DNA from: a bacterium
GTDB taxonomy: Bacteria > Patescibacteriota > Saccharimonadia > CAILAD01 > GCA-016700035
DNA length: 64,000 nucleotides
Reading direction: 5' to 3'
Assembly (NCBI GenBank): GCA_016700035.1
Contig: CP064998.1
Span: 267,848 to 331,847, forward strand
Position numbers and translations under genes: made by a program. The notes below the pieces were generated by a model. The model saw nothing but the letters and a program-made list of their open reading frames with translations, was not told the DNA's origin and ran no database searches. Shown here piece after piece: positions 48,323 to 58,160 of the stretch (positions are counted from its first letter, which is position 1; each line of letters opens with the position of its first letter).

Positions 48323-49576
48323 TTATTCGATTCGTTCTAAGGTGGCACCGAGGGCTTGTAGGCGTTCTTCAATCCGTTCGTAACCACGATCGATGTGTTC
48401 AATACGGTCAATCATAGTGGTGCCTTGGGCAATCAGAGCGGCAATAAGAATAGTAGCTCCAGCGCGAATGTCAAAGCTAATAAGATCGGCGCCAGCCAGT
48501 GGTGTGGGGCCGGTAATTAGTCCAGTGTGAGTGTCGCGGATAGCTACGGCTGCTCCCATACGTTGGAGCTCAAACAGATACTGTAAGCGACCTTCATAGA
48601 GAGTTTCAAATATTTCTGATGTACCAGCACATTGGGTAAGTAGAACGGCCAGTGGTGCTTGGAGGTCGGAAGGAAAATTCGGGTAGGGTTGAGTGCGGAC
48701 ACTAACAGCTTGATAGTCGCCACCGGACAGAATGTGAATAGTTTTGTCATCAGGTAAACGGTATTCCACACCGATCTGGTCAAATAGCGTAAGCAATACG
48801 TCGTGTTCATCACGCAAAAAATCATGCACCACGACATCACCGCGCGAAGCCGCCGCTGCAATGGCGATGGTGCCACTCTCTAGCTGATCGGGTGGGACGC
48901 GAAAGTGGGCACCATGTAGCTTGGCGACACCATGAATGATTAGGTTGTGAGTGCCAACTCCTTCAATTTGCGCACCCATTTGACACAAAAGATTACAGAG
49001 CTCGACGACATGGGGTTCGAGTGCTACCATGCGTAGCTCGGTCGTGCCACTGGCTAGCACAGCGGCCATTATGGCATTTTCAGCACCAGTTACAGTTAGT
49101 TCACCGAGGACAATTCGACCTCCTTGAGGCTGACCAGAGATAGTAATATGGCTACGATTGCGCTCCACAGTTAGCCCCATAGCTTGAAATGCCTTGAGGT
49201 GGGAGGCAAGTGGTCGGGCGCCAATAATATCGCCACCTGGCTGGGCGGCAGTGATCTTACCAAGTCGTGCAACGGCCGACCCAAGTACCAGTACGGAGGC
49301 TCGCATTTTTGCTGTTAATTCGTCTGGTATAGTGGCGGTGGCTAGTGAGTTGGCTTGAATAGTGACAGTGTGGCCTTCGCGCCGAACTGAAGCGCCGAGT
49401 GAAGCAAGGATGTTGAGCATCACATCAACATCAGATATTTGAGGGACATTTTCTAACGTTAGCGGCTCATCTGTTAGGAGGCTGGTAGCCAGCATTGGCA
49501 AAACGGCATTTTTAGACCCAGCCGTAAACCATTCTCCGCGCAGGTGAGTGGGGCCAGTGATGGCAAGCTTTGTCAT
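48323..49576 (-). CDS. murA: UDP-N-acetylglucosamine 1-carboxyvinyltransferase
   Basis: 417 aa; typical MurA/EPSP-fold sequence with the catalytic Cys region ('…GGDIIGARPL…'). Confidence 0.9.
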   Translation of the reverse strand: MTKLAITGPTHLRGEWFTAGSKNAVLPMLATSLLTDEPLTLENVPQISDVDVMLNILASLGASVRREGHTVTIQANSLATATIPDELTAKMRASVLVLGSAVARLGKITAAQPGGDIIGARPLASHLKAFQAMGLTVERNRSHITISGQPQGGRIVLGELTVTGAENAIMAAVLASGTTELRMVALEPHVVELCNLLCQMGAQIEGVGTHNLIIHGVAKLHGAHFRVPPDQLESGTIAIAAAASRGDVVVHDFLRDEHDVLLTLFDQIGVEYRLPDDKTIHILSGGDYQAVSVRTQPYPNFPSDLQAPLAVLLTQCAGTSEIFETLYEGRLQYLFELQRMGAAVAIRDTHTGLITGPTPLAGADLISFDIRAGATILIAALIAQGTTMIDRIEHIDRGYERIEERLQALGATLERIE

Positions 49577-49629
49577 AATTATATTGTAGCAGGCTTTTTA
49601 TTGTTGGTGACAAGTCCACAAGCTCAAGC

Positions 49630-50334
49630 GTGTATGCTAAAATAAGTGCATACGTGATTTTACTTGATCGAGTTTCAGTGATGTATCCAAATAAGACGGT
49701 CGCTCTGTCGGGCGTTAGTTTGCATATTCAGCCAAAAGAATTCGTTACAGTAGTTGGCTCATCTGGGGCTGGTAAATCGACACTGATTCGCTTACTTATA
49801 AAAGAAGAATCTCCAACCAGTGGCAAGATAATAGTTGGCTCAATTGATTACGATACTATTGGAAAAACTAGTATTCCTCATTTGAGGCGTCGGATTGGGG
49901 TGGTGTTTCAGGACTTTAAACTACTACCAAACCTTACCGTGTATGAAAATGTAGCTTTTGCGCTGGAGGCCAGTGGGGTACGGACTTCGGAAATTAAGCG
50001 GGCTGTGCCGAAGATCTTGCAGTTGGTTGGGTTGGCTGAAAAAGCTAACAACTATCCGCGTGAGATTTCTGGCGGTGAAAAGCAACGTGTTGCGATTGCC
50101 CGTGCTTTGGTGCGTAATCCAAAAATTTTGATTGCCGATGAGCCAACTGGTAATCTTGATCCCAAAAACTCTTGGGATATCATCGAACTACTCTTAAAAA
50201 TCAATAAATTTGGCACAACAGTACTTCTCACAACCCATAATAAAGAAATTGTCAATGCCTTGAAGCGTCGAGTAATTACAATCCAGAATGGACGCATCTT
50301 AAAAGATGAAAAAGTCGGGCGGTACGTTCTATAG
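49630..50334 (+). CDS. ftsE: Cell-division ABC ATPase FtsE
   Basis: 'GSSGAGKSTL', 'ISGGEKQRVAIARAL', 'ILIADEPTGNLD'; followed by ftsX. The start (GTG 49630 vs ATG 49681) is uncertain. Confidence 0.8.
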   Translation: MYAKISAYVILLDRVSVMYPNKTVALSGVSLHIQPKEFVTVVGSSGAGKSTLIRLLIKEESPTSGKIIVGSIDYDTIGKTSIPHLRRRIGVVFQDFKLLPNLTVYENVAFALEASGVRTSEIKRAVPKILQLVGLAEKANNYPREISGGEKQRVAIARALVRNPKILIADEPTGNLDPKNSWDIIELLLKINKFGTTVLLTTHNKEIVNALKRRVITIQNGRILKDEKVGRYVL

Positions 50335-50362
50335 TGGAAGCGAGTAGGAGGGTGAAACCATA

Positions 50363-51274
50363 ATGATAACGCTGTGGCGCATGTTTAAAACTGGGTTTAG
50401 AAATCTGTTTCGTAATGCCTGGCTTTCGATTGCCGCTACTGCCATTATGGTGGTGACTTTGGTAATTGTGGCATTCTTTGCCTTCTCAGCATTATTTTTA
50501 CAGAACCAGCTAGCAGCTGTGCGTGACAAGATCGACCTGACTGTTTTCTTGAAGGATGAAGCTACTCCAGACCAAGTCAAGAAATTGCAGGCCAATATTC
50601 AGGTAATGCCCAATGTTAAAGAAGTTAAATATGTTTCAAAAACTGATGCTTTGGAGCGTTTGCGCAATAGCTCTAAAGATGGCGAACAATTAGCTAAAAC
50701 GGCGGCTGATATTGGCAACCCACTCCCAGCTTCTTTGGAGGTGCGGACTGCCACTTTGGAAGATTTAGACTCGTTAAATAGTCAGATAAAATCGGATGGA
50801 GCCGCTACCATTGTGGCAAGTACCAGCAATGACGATAGTGATGTACGACGTAAGGTGGTGGATAGAATTGTTTCTATCTCACGCGGAGTTTCCCAGGTTG
50901 GAACAGTAATTTCGGCAGCCTTTTTACTAATTAGTCTAATGATTATCTTTAATACTATTCGCATGGCGATTTTTACCCGGCGCGAAGAAATTGAGATTAT
51001 GAAGTTAGTTGGTGCAACAAACTGGTATATTCGAGGGCCTTTCCTCATTGAAGGAGCGATGTATGGGGTGATTGGTGCAACTATTGCGATGGCCATTACT
51101 CTGCCACTAATTAACGTTGCTAAACCACTATTTACCAGCTATTTTAATGCTAGCGAAGTGGTAACTTTTGTGACCGATCGGATCTTTTTAGTGACACTGG
51201 CGATGTATACACTTGGGATTGTCATTGGTACATTATCTAGTTTTCTAGCTATTTCGAGGCACTTGAAGCTTTAG
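50363..51274 (+). CDS. ftsX: Cell-division permease-like protein FtsX
   Basis: 303 aa; TM1, large extracellular domain, 3 C-terminal TM helices; AGGAGGG RBS. Confidence 0.75.
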   Translation: MITLWRMFKTGFRNLFRNAWLSIAATAIMVVTLVIVAFFAFSALFLQNQLAAVRDKIDLTVFLKDEATPDQVKKLQANIQVMPNVKEVKYVSKTDALERLRNSSKDGEQLAKTAADIGNPLPASLEVRTATLEDLDSLNSQIKSDGAATIVASTSNDDSDVRRKVVDRIVSISRGVSQVGTVISAAFLLISLMIIFNTIRMAIFTRREEIEIMKLVGATNWYIRGPFLIEGAMYGVIGATIAMAITLPLINVAKPLFTSYFNASEVVTFVTDRIFLVTLAMYTLGIVIGTLSSFLAISRHLKL

Positions 51275-51346
51275 CGGTTTTTGTGTTAGACTAATGGCGA
51301 TGCTTACTGCTTTGAAATAAACAAGGGGGTAGAAGCAAAAAGGAGG

Positions 51347-52462
51347 GTGATGATCTTAAGTCGACATCAAAAAGCCACAAATAAATACCAACGCTATGGA
51401 CGCATAATCTCTATTTTAATCGCAGTTGGTGTTTTTGGCGTTCTAGCACCAACGGCACTGGCAGTTGATTATGACTCACAAATCAATGCCCTAAGAGATC
51501 AGATTAATCAGAATAAAAACTCTGCCAATCAAAAACGTGCTGAGGGTAATACATTACAAGCCAAAGTAGCGGCATTAAATGCTGAGATTTCGGCTGCACA
51601 GAGTGCGTTAAATTTGACTCGAACTGAAATTACTAAGACTACTGAGGAGTTAGACCGTCAAAATGCTGAATTAAATCAGCAAATTGAAAACTTGAAGCAA
51701 AATCTAAAGACAATGTATAAGGATCGCGATGTGACACCTATGGAGGTGCTGGCTTCAAGTGAGAACCTGTCTGATTTTGTTGGTAAACAGCAGTACATGG
51801 ACGACCTAAAGGATAAGATAGAGTCTAATATTGCAGAAATTAGTCGCTTAAAGGCGGAATTGGAACAGAAAAAAGTTGCATTGACAGAAAAAGCTACGGC
51901 CGAGAAAGCCCAGGTTGCAAATATTGCCGAAAAGCGAGCAGAGCAACAAGCACTACTAGCGCAGACCAGGGGTGAAGAAGCTGCTTATCAAAATATAGTA
52001 AAACAGAATGAGTCGCAGTTGGCAGCCGTGTTTGCAGCCCGGGCTGAAGAAATTCGACGCAATGCCGCAGCTGGTGGTAGTTTTAGGCCGGGTGGTCAGT
52101 GTGGTGGTGGATATCCAGACGTGTGGTGTCGTGCTGCGCAAGATAGCCTAGTGGATGATTATGGCTATTACAATCGTGAGTGCGTCAGCTATGCGGCCTG
52201 GAAACGAGCGTCAATTGGGCGTATGGTGCCGCGCTATTGGGGTAATGCTAATCAGTGGTGGCCTCGTGGAAGTGCTAGTGTAACCCCCGCCTACGGAGAT
52301 ATCGTGGCTTGGCCCAATGGTCCTTGGGGGCATGTTGCAATCGTAGAATCTAATAATGGTGACTCTATTACTATTAGCGAATACAATTACAGTCCGCGTG
52401 GTGGCTTTTCGACACGGACAATTCCATTTAGTCAGTTAGGCAACGCACGCTACATTAAATGA
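51347..52462 (+). CDS. PcsB-like peptidoglycan hydrolase: signal peptide, long coiled-coil, C-terminal CHAP domain
   Basis: CHAP motifs 'ECVSYAAWK', 'NQWW' and 'GHVAIVE…ITISEYN'; coiled-coil heptads; AAAGGAGGG RBS. Confidence 0.7.
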   Translation: MMILSRHQKATNKYQRYGRIISILIAVGVFGVLAPTALAVDYDSQINALRDQINQNKNSANQKRAEGNTLQAKVAALNAEISAAQSALNLTRTEITKTTEELDRQNAELNQQIENLKQNLKTMYKDRDVTPMEVLASSENLSDFVGKQQYMDDLKDKIESNIAEISRLKAELEQKKVALTEKATAEKAQVANIAEKRAEQQALLAQTRGEEAAYQNIVKQNESQLAAVFAARAEEIRRNAAAGGSFRPGGQCGGGYPDVWCRAAQDSLVDDYGYYNRECVSYAAWKRASIGRMVPRYWGNANQWWPRGSASVTPAYGDIVAWPNGPWGHVAIVESNNGDSITISEYNYSPRGGFSTRTIPFSQLGNARYIK

Positions 52463-52487
52463 GCTATCTATAGAATAAATTATCAAC

Positions 52488-53615
52488 ATGCTACACAAAA
52501 ATAAAAATAAATCAGGCCGGTTATTTCGCGCTATATTTGGTGGATTATTTCTGTTTGTAGCAGTGGTGTCGGCGACGGTGTGGTACCAAGCTCAACCAGC
52601 TCATGCCGATGATTTACAGCCTTTAATAGATGCTGTAACGCGTCAAATTCAAGATAATCAAGCTATAGTTAACCAAAAACAAGCCGAAGGTGACACATTG
52701 CAAAATCGGCTGACCGCGATTCAAGCTGAACTGTCGGCTGCTCGATCAAATCTAGAGCTAACTCGTCTGCGTATCGATCAAACCAAACTAGATCGCAAGA
52801 ATACCGAAGCTGATCTTAAAAAGACTACCGAGTTATTACGTCAGAATATCGCAGCTGCTTATAAGCAGGGGGATATATCGCCAATTGAGATCTTAGCCTC
52901 GAGCGAAAATCTGTCAGATTTTGTTGGCCGTCAGGAGTATTATGATGCACTACGTAAGAAAATTACCGAAAATGTGGATAGCATAAAGCTAGCCAAGAAA
53001 CAGCTGGAAGAATTTTCGCGCCAATTAAAAATCAAGGAAGAGCAACAGCGCTTAGAAGAAAAGGCAATTGCTGCCAAAGAAACAGAGCAGGCAGAGTTAC
53101 TGGCTAAGACGCGGGGCGATGAGGCAATTTATCGCGCATTAGTTGAAGCCGATACGACGCGGCTTGCTACCTTGCGGGCTCAGCAGTCGGCCGCTATTGC
53201 GGCTCAGAGTTTGGGGCGTAACTTTTCATTAACTACGGAATATCCTTGGACTGCGGTTGAGCCATTCCCGAGTCGCGGTGTAGACCCTTGGGGCTTTTAT
53301 TATCGACAATGTACTAGCTATGCGGCCTGGAAACGAGCCTCAATTGGCCGACCATTACCAGCTTGGGGATTTTTGGGGCCGGCTAATGCTAAGCAGTGGC
53401 CAGAATGGGCTGGTAAATTTGGTATGCGTGTAGATACAACTCCAGAAGTAGGAGCAGCTGCAGTTTATCCAGTGGGAGAGTATGGGCATGTCATGATTGT
53501 AGAGGGTATAGTATCAAATGGTGCGCAAGTGTTAGTTTCGGAGTTTAATGCTGATTGGGGTGGGCATTATTCACAGTCGCTGTGGCCAGTAAGCTCTCTT
53601 ATTTTTATCCATTAG
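52488..53615 (+). CDS. Second PcsB-like coiled-coil/CHAP hydrolase (paralogue)
   Basis: Same architecture; CHAP motifs 'QCTSYAAWK', 'KQWPEW' and 'GHVMIVEG'. ~35-40 % identity to the upstream copy. Confidence 0.7.
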   Translation: MLHKNKNKSGRLFRAIFGGLFLFVAVVSATVWYQAQPAHADDLQPLIDAVTRQIQDNQAIVNQKQAEGDTLQNRLTAIQAELSAARSNLELTRLRIDQTKLDRKNTEADLKKTTELLRQNIAAAYKQGDISPIEILASSENLSDFVGRQEYYDALRKKITENVDSIKLAKKQLEEFSRQLKIKEEQQRLEEKAIAAKETEQAELLAKTRGDEAIYRALVEADTTRLATLRAQQSAAIAAQSLGRNFSLTTEYPWTAVEPFPSRGVDPWGFYYRQCTSYAAWKRASIGRPLPAWGFLGPANAKQWPEWAGKFGMRVDTTPEVGAAAVYPVGEYGHVMIVEGIVSNGAQVLVSEFNADWGGHYSQSLWPVSSLIFIH

Positions 53616-53796
53616 AATGTCATTATTTACTATTTAACTTAATCACTATACCAGAACCAGAAGAGAGGGTAATTAACAGCTTGTTCACTAAGCACTCTAC
53701 CAACACATATAGTTCATATACGGACACTCTTTACAGATTTGTAAAATTAAGTTTTTTGGGTATTTTTAAATTCTTATGCTAAACTTTAACTAAGCA

Positions 53797-53814
53797 TTAG
53801 TACTTAAGTACTAA
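53797..53814. promoter_or_regulatory. 18-bp perfect palindrome TTAGTACTTAAGTACTAA in a conserved upstream module (candidate operator)
   Basis: Perfect inverted repeat, re-occurring with one mismatch at 63595-63612 within a ~90-nt duplicated 5' region. Confidence 0.35.
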
Positions 53815-53847
53815 TAAAGTATTCTAATGAGGGAGCTATACTTTTTA

Positions 53848-56481
53848 ATGAACCAACTAATAGCAAAGTTAATACATCAGCCATCAACCAATCTCAAAAC
53901 TAATCTATCTACAACTACCCAGTCCATCAAAACTAACAAACTATCTCTAGCCTTCCGTCTAACTCTAGGCCTAGTCTTATTCTCTGCTGTACTAATAGGC
54001 ATCAACCACCAATCCAAAGCATTAGCAGAAGTAAACAACAACTACACCTGGACCCAACGCAAGAATGGGTTTGTTGGCGATCAAATGAGCTGGTCCTCTA
54101 TCACCAGCTCCGCCGACGGCACCAAACTAGCTGCTGTAGCTAGGAACGGCTCCATCTACACCTCGGCTGATTCTGGCACCACCTGGACTGAACAAACGGC
54201 GGCTGGCTCCAGAGACTGGCTCTCCATCACCAGCTCGGCTGATGGCACTAAACTAGTTGCTGTAGTAAGCGGTGGCTCCATCTACACCTCCACCGACTCC
54301 GGCACCACCTGGACAGAGCAAACGGCGGCTGGATCCAGATACTGGATCTCCATCGCCAGCTCCGCTGACGGCACCAAACTAGCTGCAGTAGATAATGACG
54401 GTGGCTCCATCTACACCTCGGCTGATTCTGGCGCTACCTGGAGTGAACAAACAGCGGCTGGATCCAGATACTGGACATCCATCGCCAGCTCCGCTGATGG
54501 CACTAAGCTAGCCGCTGTAGCAAATGGCGGCAGCATCTACACCTCGGCTGATTCTGGCACCACCTGGACAGAGCAAACGGCGGCTGGATCCAGATACTGG
54601 ATCTCCATCGCCAGCTCCGCTGACGGCACCAAACTAGCTGCAGTAGCAAATGGTGGCTCCATCTACACCTCGGCTGATTCTGGCACCACCTGGACAGAGC
54701 AAACGGCGGCTGGATCCAGATACTGGTACTCCATCACCAGCTCCGCCGACGGCACTAAGCTAGCTGCTGCAACATACGGCGGCTCCATCTACACCTCCAC
54801 TGATTCTGGCGCTACCTGGAGTGAACAAACGGCGGCTGGCTCCAGAAGCTGGTACTCCATCACCAGCTCCGCCGACGGCACTAAACTAGCTGCTGTAGCT
54901 AGGAACGGCTCCATCTACACCTCTACTGACTCTGGTGCCACCTGGACAGAGCAAACGGCGGCTGGATCCAGATACTGGATCTCCATCGCCAGCTCCGCTG
55001 ACGGCACTAAACTAGCAGCCGTAGCATATAACGGCTACATCTACACCTCCACCGACTCTGGCGTTACCTGGACAGAACAAACCGCGGCTGGCTCCAGAAA
55101 CTGGTACTCCATCACCAGCTCCGCCGACGGCACCAAACTAGCTGCAGTAGATAATGACGGTGGCTCCATCTACACCTCGGCTGATTCTGGCGCTACCTGG
55201 AGTGAACAAACAGCGGCCGGTTCCAGAGACTGGTCCTCCATCACCAGCTCCGCCGACGGCACTAAGCTAGCTGCTGCAACATACGGCGGCTCCATCTACA
55301 CCTCCACTGATTCTGGCGCTACCTGGAGTGAACAAACGGCGGCTGGCTCCAGAAACTGGCGCTCCATCACCAGCTCGGCTGATGGCACTAAACTAGTTGC
55401 TGTAGTAAGCGGTGGCTCCATCTACACCTCCACCGACTCCGGCACCACCTGGACCGAACAAACTAGCGCTGGCTCCAGAAGCTGGCAATCCATCACCAGT
55501 TCCGCCGACGGCACCAAACTAGCTGCTGTAGTAAATGATGGCTCCATCTACACCTCGGCTGATTCTGGCGTAACTTGGTTATTGGTAAGTTTAGCTCCAG
55601 ATATTTACCCGCTTACTGCTACATATGCCAGTTCTAATAGCCAGCTATTTATTGGAGGAGCCAAGATAATAGATATGGATAATATGATATTTGAAAATGC
55701 CCTCTACACTTCAAATGACAACGGTCAGACTCTTACCGATATATCTATGCCAAACTCTTCAAAGTATTGGATCTCCATCACCAGCTCCGCTGACGGCACC
55801 AAACTAGCTGCTGTAGTAAGTGGCGGCTCCATCTACACCGGCAGCATAGAAGGCGAAGTAGTAGATCCACCAACTCCACCACCAAGCTCCAACACCGCTC
55901 AACTCACCACCCCCACTAGCCCTCTCTCTACCTTCTCTCTAAAACCAGTATCTCTAACCACCCCCACTGGCACTACCATTAACTCTAGCTCTACTGTCCC
56001 AGAATCTTCCCTAGTAACCCAAGACAACAACAACCAATACCCACTAGGCCTAGTAAACTTTAGCTTTACCACTAACCAAAGCTCTAACCAAGTAGTATTA
56101 AACTTTGAAACAGACTTAAAACCAAACCAAGTAACACCCAGAAAGTATAATCCTAACTCTAAGACCTATACCAACTTACCTACTAACGCTAATGTATCTA
56201 TAACCGAAACCACTATAAATAATAAACACTATCTAGTTCTAACCTATACCATCATAGACAATGGTGAACTAGACCTCGATCCAGCAGCTGGTACTATCTC
56301 TGACCTAGTCGGACTAGCCGTATCTAACTCTACCTATGACCAACTAGCGAGTACTGGGGAGAATACTCAACCAATACTACTAGCTACGGTACTATTTCTA
56401 GTAAGTGGCATAATTATAGTTGCTGGAGTTCTAGGGGTATTTAGTAGAAGGAAGATGCATATCCAAGTGGGAAGGCAATAA
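53848..56481 (+). CDS. BNR/Asp-box repeat beta-propeller surface protein with stalk domain and LASTG sorting signal (intact paralogue)
   Basis: ~14 blades 'SIYTS(A/T)DSG(A/T)TW(S/T)EQTAAGSR.W.SI(T/A)SSADGTKLAAV'. PT-rich linker and stalk '…LTYTIIDNGELDLDP…'. Ends 'LASTGENTQPILL' + TM + 'SRRK'. Start is set at the M conserved with 63646. Confidence 0.65.
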   Translation: MNQLIAKLIHQPSTNLKTNLSTTTQSIKTNKLSLAFRLTLGLVLFSAVLIGINHQSKALAEVNNNYTWTQRKNGFVGDQMSWSSITSSADGTKLAAVARNGSIYTSADSGTTWTEQTAAGSRDWLSITSSADGTKLVAVVSGGSIYTSTDSGTTWTEQTAAGSRYWISIASSADGTKLAAVDNDGGSIYTSADSGATWSEQTAAGSRYWTSIASSADGTKLAAVANGGSIYTSADSGTTWTEQTAAGSRYWISIASSADGTKLAAVANGGSIYTSADSGTTWTEQTAAGSRYWYSITSSADGTKLAAATYGGSIYTSTDSGATWSEQTAAGSRSWYSITSSADGTKLAAVARNGSIYTSTDSGATWTEQTAAGSRYWISIASSADGTKLAAVAYNGYIYTSTDSGVTWTEQTAAGSRNWYSITSSADGTKLAAVDNDGGSIYTSADSGATWSEQTAAGSRDWSSITSSADGTKLAAATYGGSIYTSTDSGATWSEQTAAGSRNWRSITSSADGTKLVAVVSGGSIYTSTDSGTTWTEQTSAGSRSWQSITSSADGTKLAAVVNDGSIYTSADSGVTWLLVSLAPDIYPLTATYASSNSQLFIGGAKIIDMDNMIFENALYTSNDNGQTLTDISMPNSSKYWISITSSADGTKLAAVVSGGSIYTGSIEGEVVDPPTPPPSSNTAQLTTPTSPLSTFSLKPVSLTTPTGTTINSSSTVPESSLVTQDNNNQYPLGLVNFSFTTNQSSNQVVLNFETDLKPNQVTPRKYNPNSKTYTNLPTNANVSITETTINNKHYLVLTYTIIDNGELDLDPAAGTISDLVGLAVSNSTYDQLASTGENTQPILLATVLFLVSGIIIVAGVLGVFSRRKMHIQVGRQ

Positions 56482-56483
56482 CT

Positions 56484-58052
56484 GTGAGTAATCTAAGACT
56501 GACTAAATTAACTACACTAAATAGACTAACAAGTTTATTTAAGAGAACTAACTACCTAGCCCTTAGCCTAATAATAAGCCTAACCTCAATTCTACCCATA
56601 CTACTACCAGCCTCGGCAAATGCTGCTCCATCCACCCCACCAGATTCTTGCTTTAACTTTGATTCAGGTACAGGCACTATTACCGATTATTATGACTATG
56701 AGGGCAACAACAACTCTAACCCCGCCTGCACCAGAGAACCCATTATACCCGGCACGATTGGTGGCAATGTAGTAACTGTAATTGGTAGCTCTGCCTTCTC
56801 TAGCAAACAACTCACCAGCGTTACAATTGGTAACTCTGTAACTTCTATTGATGAAGGTGCCTTCGCTGGCAACCAACTCACCAGCGTCATCATTGGTAAC
56901 TCTGTAGCTTCTATTGGTGGCTCTGCTTTTAATGCCAATATGCTTGAAACTGTAACTTTATCTAGTAATTTGTCGGGTCTTACGAGTGGTACAATTTTTA
57001 CCAATAATAAGATCCAAGAAATGCAAATACCTGATTCAATAACACTTATTGATACTTATACTTTTTTTGCACAGTCGCCAATAGGTGCAGGCTCTTATTA
57101 TGCTTTTATGAATAATGATTACTCTGCTCTAAACCAATACATGGCGACTAGTTGGTATGCTCGGTTGTTTACTAGCCCGGGGAATCCTAATAATCTTACA
57201 GATTCTTATGCTGTGGAGAGTGTCTTTGGTATGGATATGAACTCTGATGGTGATATGAACGACTCAATTGGTGGCCACCTCATCAACCCAAGTAGAGTAA
57301 CCACCAACTACAAAGACACAAATGGCAACACCATTGCCCCCAGCACCACAGCTACTGGCACAGGTTTATCTTCCTACCTAGCAGTAGACAACCCAACTAA
57401 TAACCTAAGCTTGTACTACAAAGCTGGTAATAGCTACACCGTACCACCAGCCCCATTTATACCTGGCTACACCATCCAAACCACACCAAGTAACATAGCT
57501 AGCCTAACAGCTGGTAATAACTCTATAGACTATATCTATACAGCTAACAGTAACAATGAAGACAACACACTCTCCACCCCACTCTCCAACAGCACCACTA
57601 GCTACCTAGTCCTACCAGATGATGTAACTAACCCTAGCTTTACTACTACACCAACTAACACTATCCCCAGTGATACAGCCTACTCCTTCCCAACTAGCCT
57701 AGTATCCTTTCAATTCGACACCACACCTGGATCAACTAAAGCTATAACTCTGTACTTTGATCTTCCCGGTAACCCATCAGACTACACAGCCAGAAAGTAC
57801 GACACCAATAACCATAGCTTTAGTACCATAGCCTCGGCAACCATAACTAGAGAAACCTATAACAACAAATCTCTACTAAAACTAACCTACAACATCACAG
57901 ACGGAGACAACCTAGATCAAGACCACACAGTCAACGGAACAATCATAGACCCAGTAGGTTTAGCTACTAACACAGTTGGTGCACCACAGACTGGAGTGGG
58001 GCGATGGGAGAGTAGTTGGGTTGCTACAATTCTTAGCTTCTTTGGGCTATAG
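56484..58052 (+). CDS. BspA-type leucine-rich-repeat surface protein (shorter paralogue of 21127-23178)
   Basis: Signal peptide, LRR_5-like repeats, and a stalk domain nearly identical at nt level to 22330-23100. Ends '…GAPQTGVGRWESSWVATILSFFGL*'. Confidence 0.6.
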   Translation: MSNLRLTKLTTLNRLTSLFKRTNYLALSLIISLTSILPILLPASANAAPSTPPDSCFNFDSGTGTITDYYDYEGNNNSNPACTREPIIPGTIGGNVVTVIGSSAFSSKQLTSVTIGNSVTSIDEGAFAGNQLTSVIIGNSVASIGGSAFNANMLETVTLSSNLSGLTSGTIFTNNKIQEMQIPDSITLIDTYTFFAQSPIGAGSYYAFMNNDYSALNQYMATSWYARLFTSPGNPNNLTDSYAVESVFGMDMNSDGDMNDSIGGHLINPSRVTTNYKDTNGNTIAPSTTATGTGLSSYLAVDNPTNNLSLYYKAGNSYTVPPAPFIPGYTIQTTPSNIASLTAGNNSIDYIYTANSNNEDNTLSTPLSNSTTSYLVLPDDVTNPSFTTTPTNTIPSDTAYSFPTSLVSFQFDTTPGSTKAITLYFDLPGNPSDYTARKYDTNNHSFSTIASATITRETYNNKSLLKLTYNITDGDNLDQDHTVNGTIIDPVGLATNTVGAPQTGVGRWESSWVATILSFFGL

Positions 58053-58160
58053 GTTAGCAAGGTATATTTGAATAATTCAAATGATGCTTTAGGGTGTTGA
58101 CTTGCTTGCTATGTTTTCTAGCTATATCTTAGAATTGGTATTAGTAAATAAGGTGGGTGG

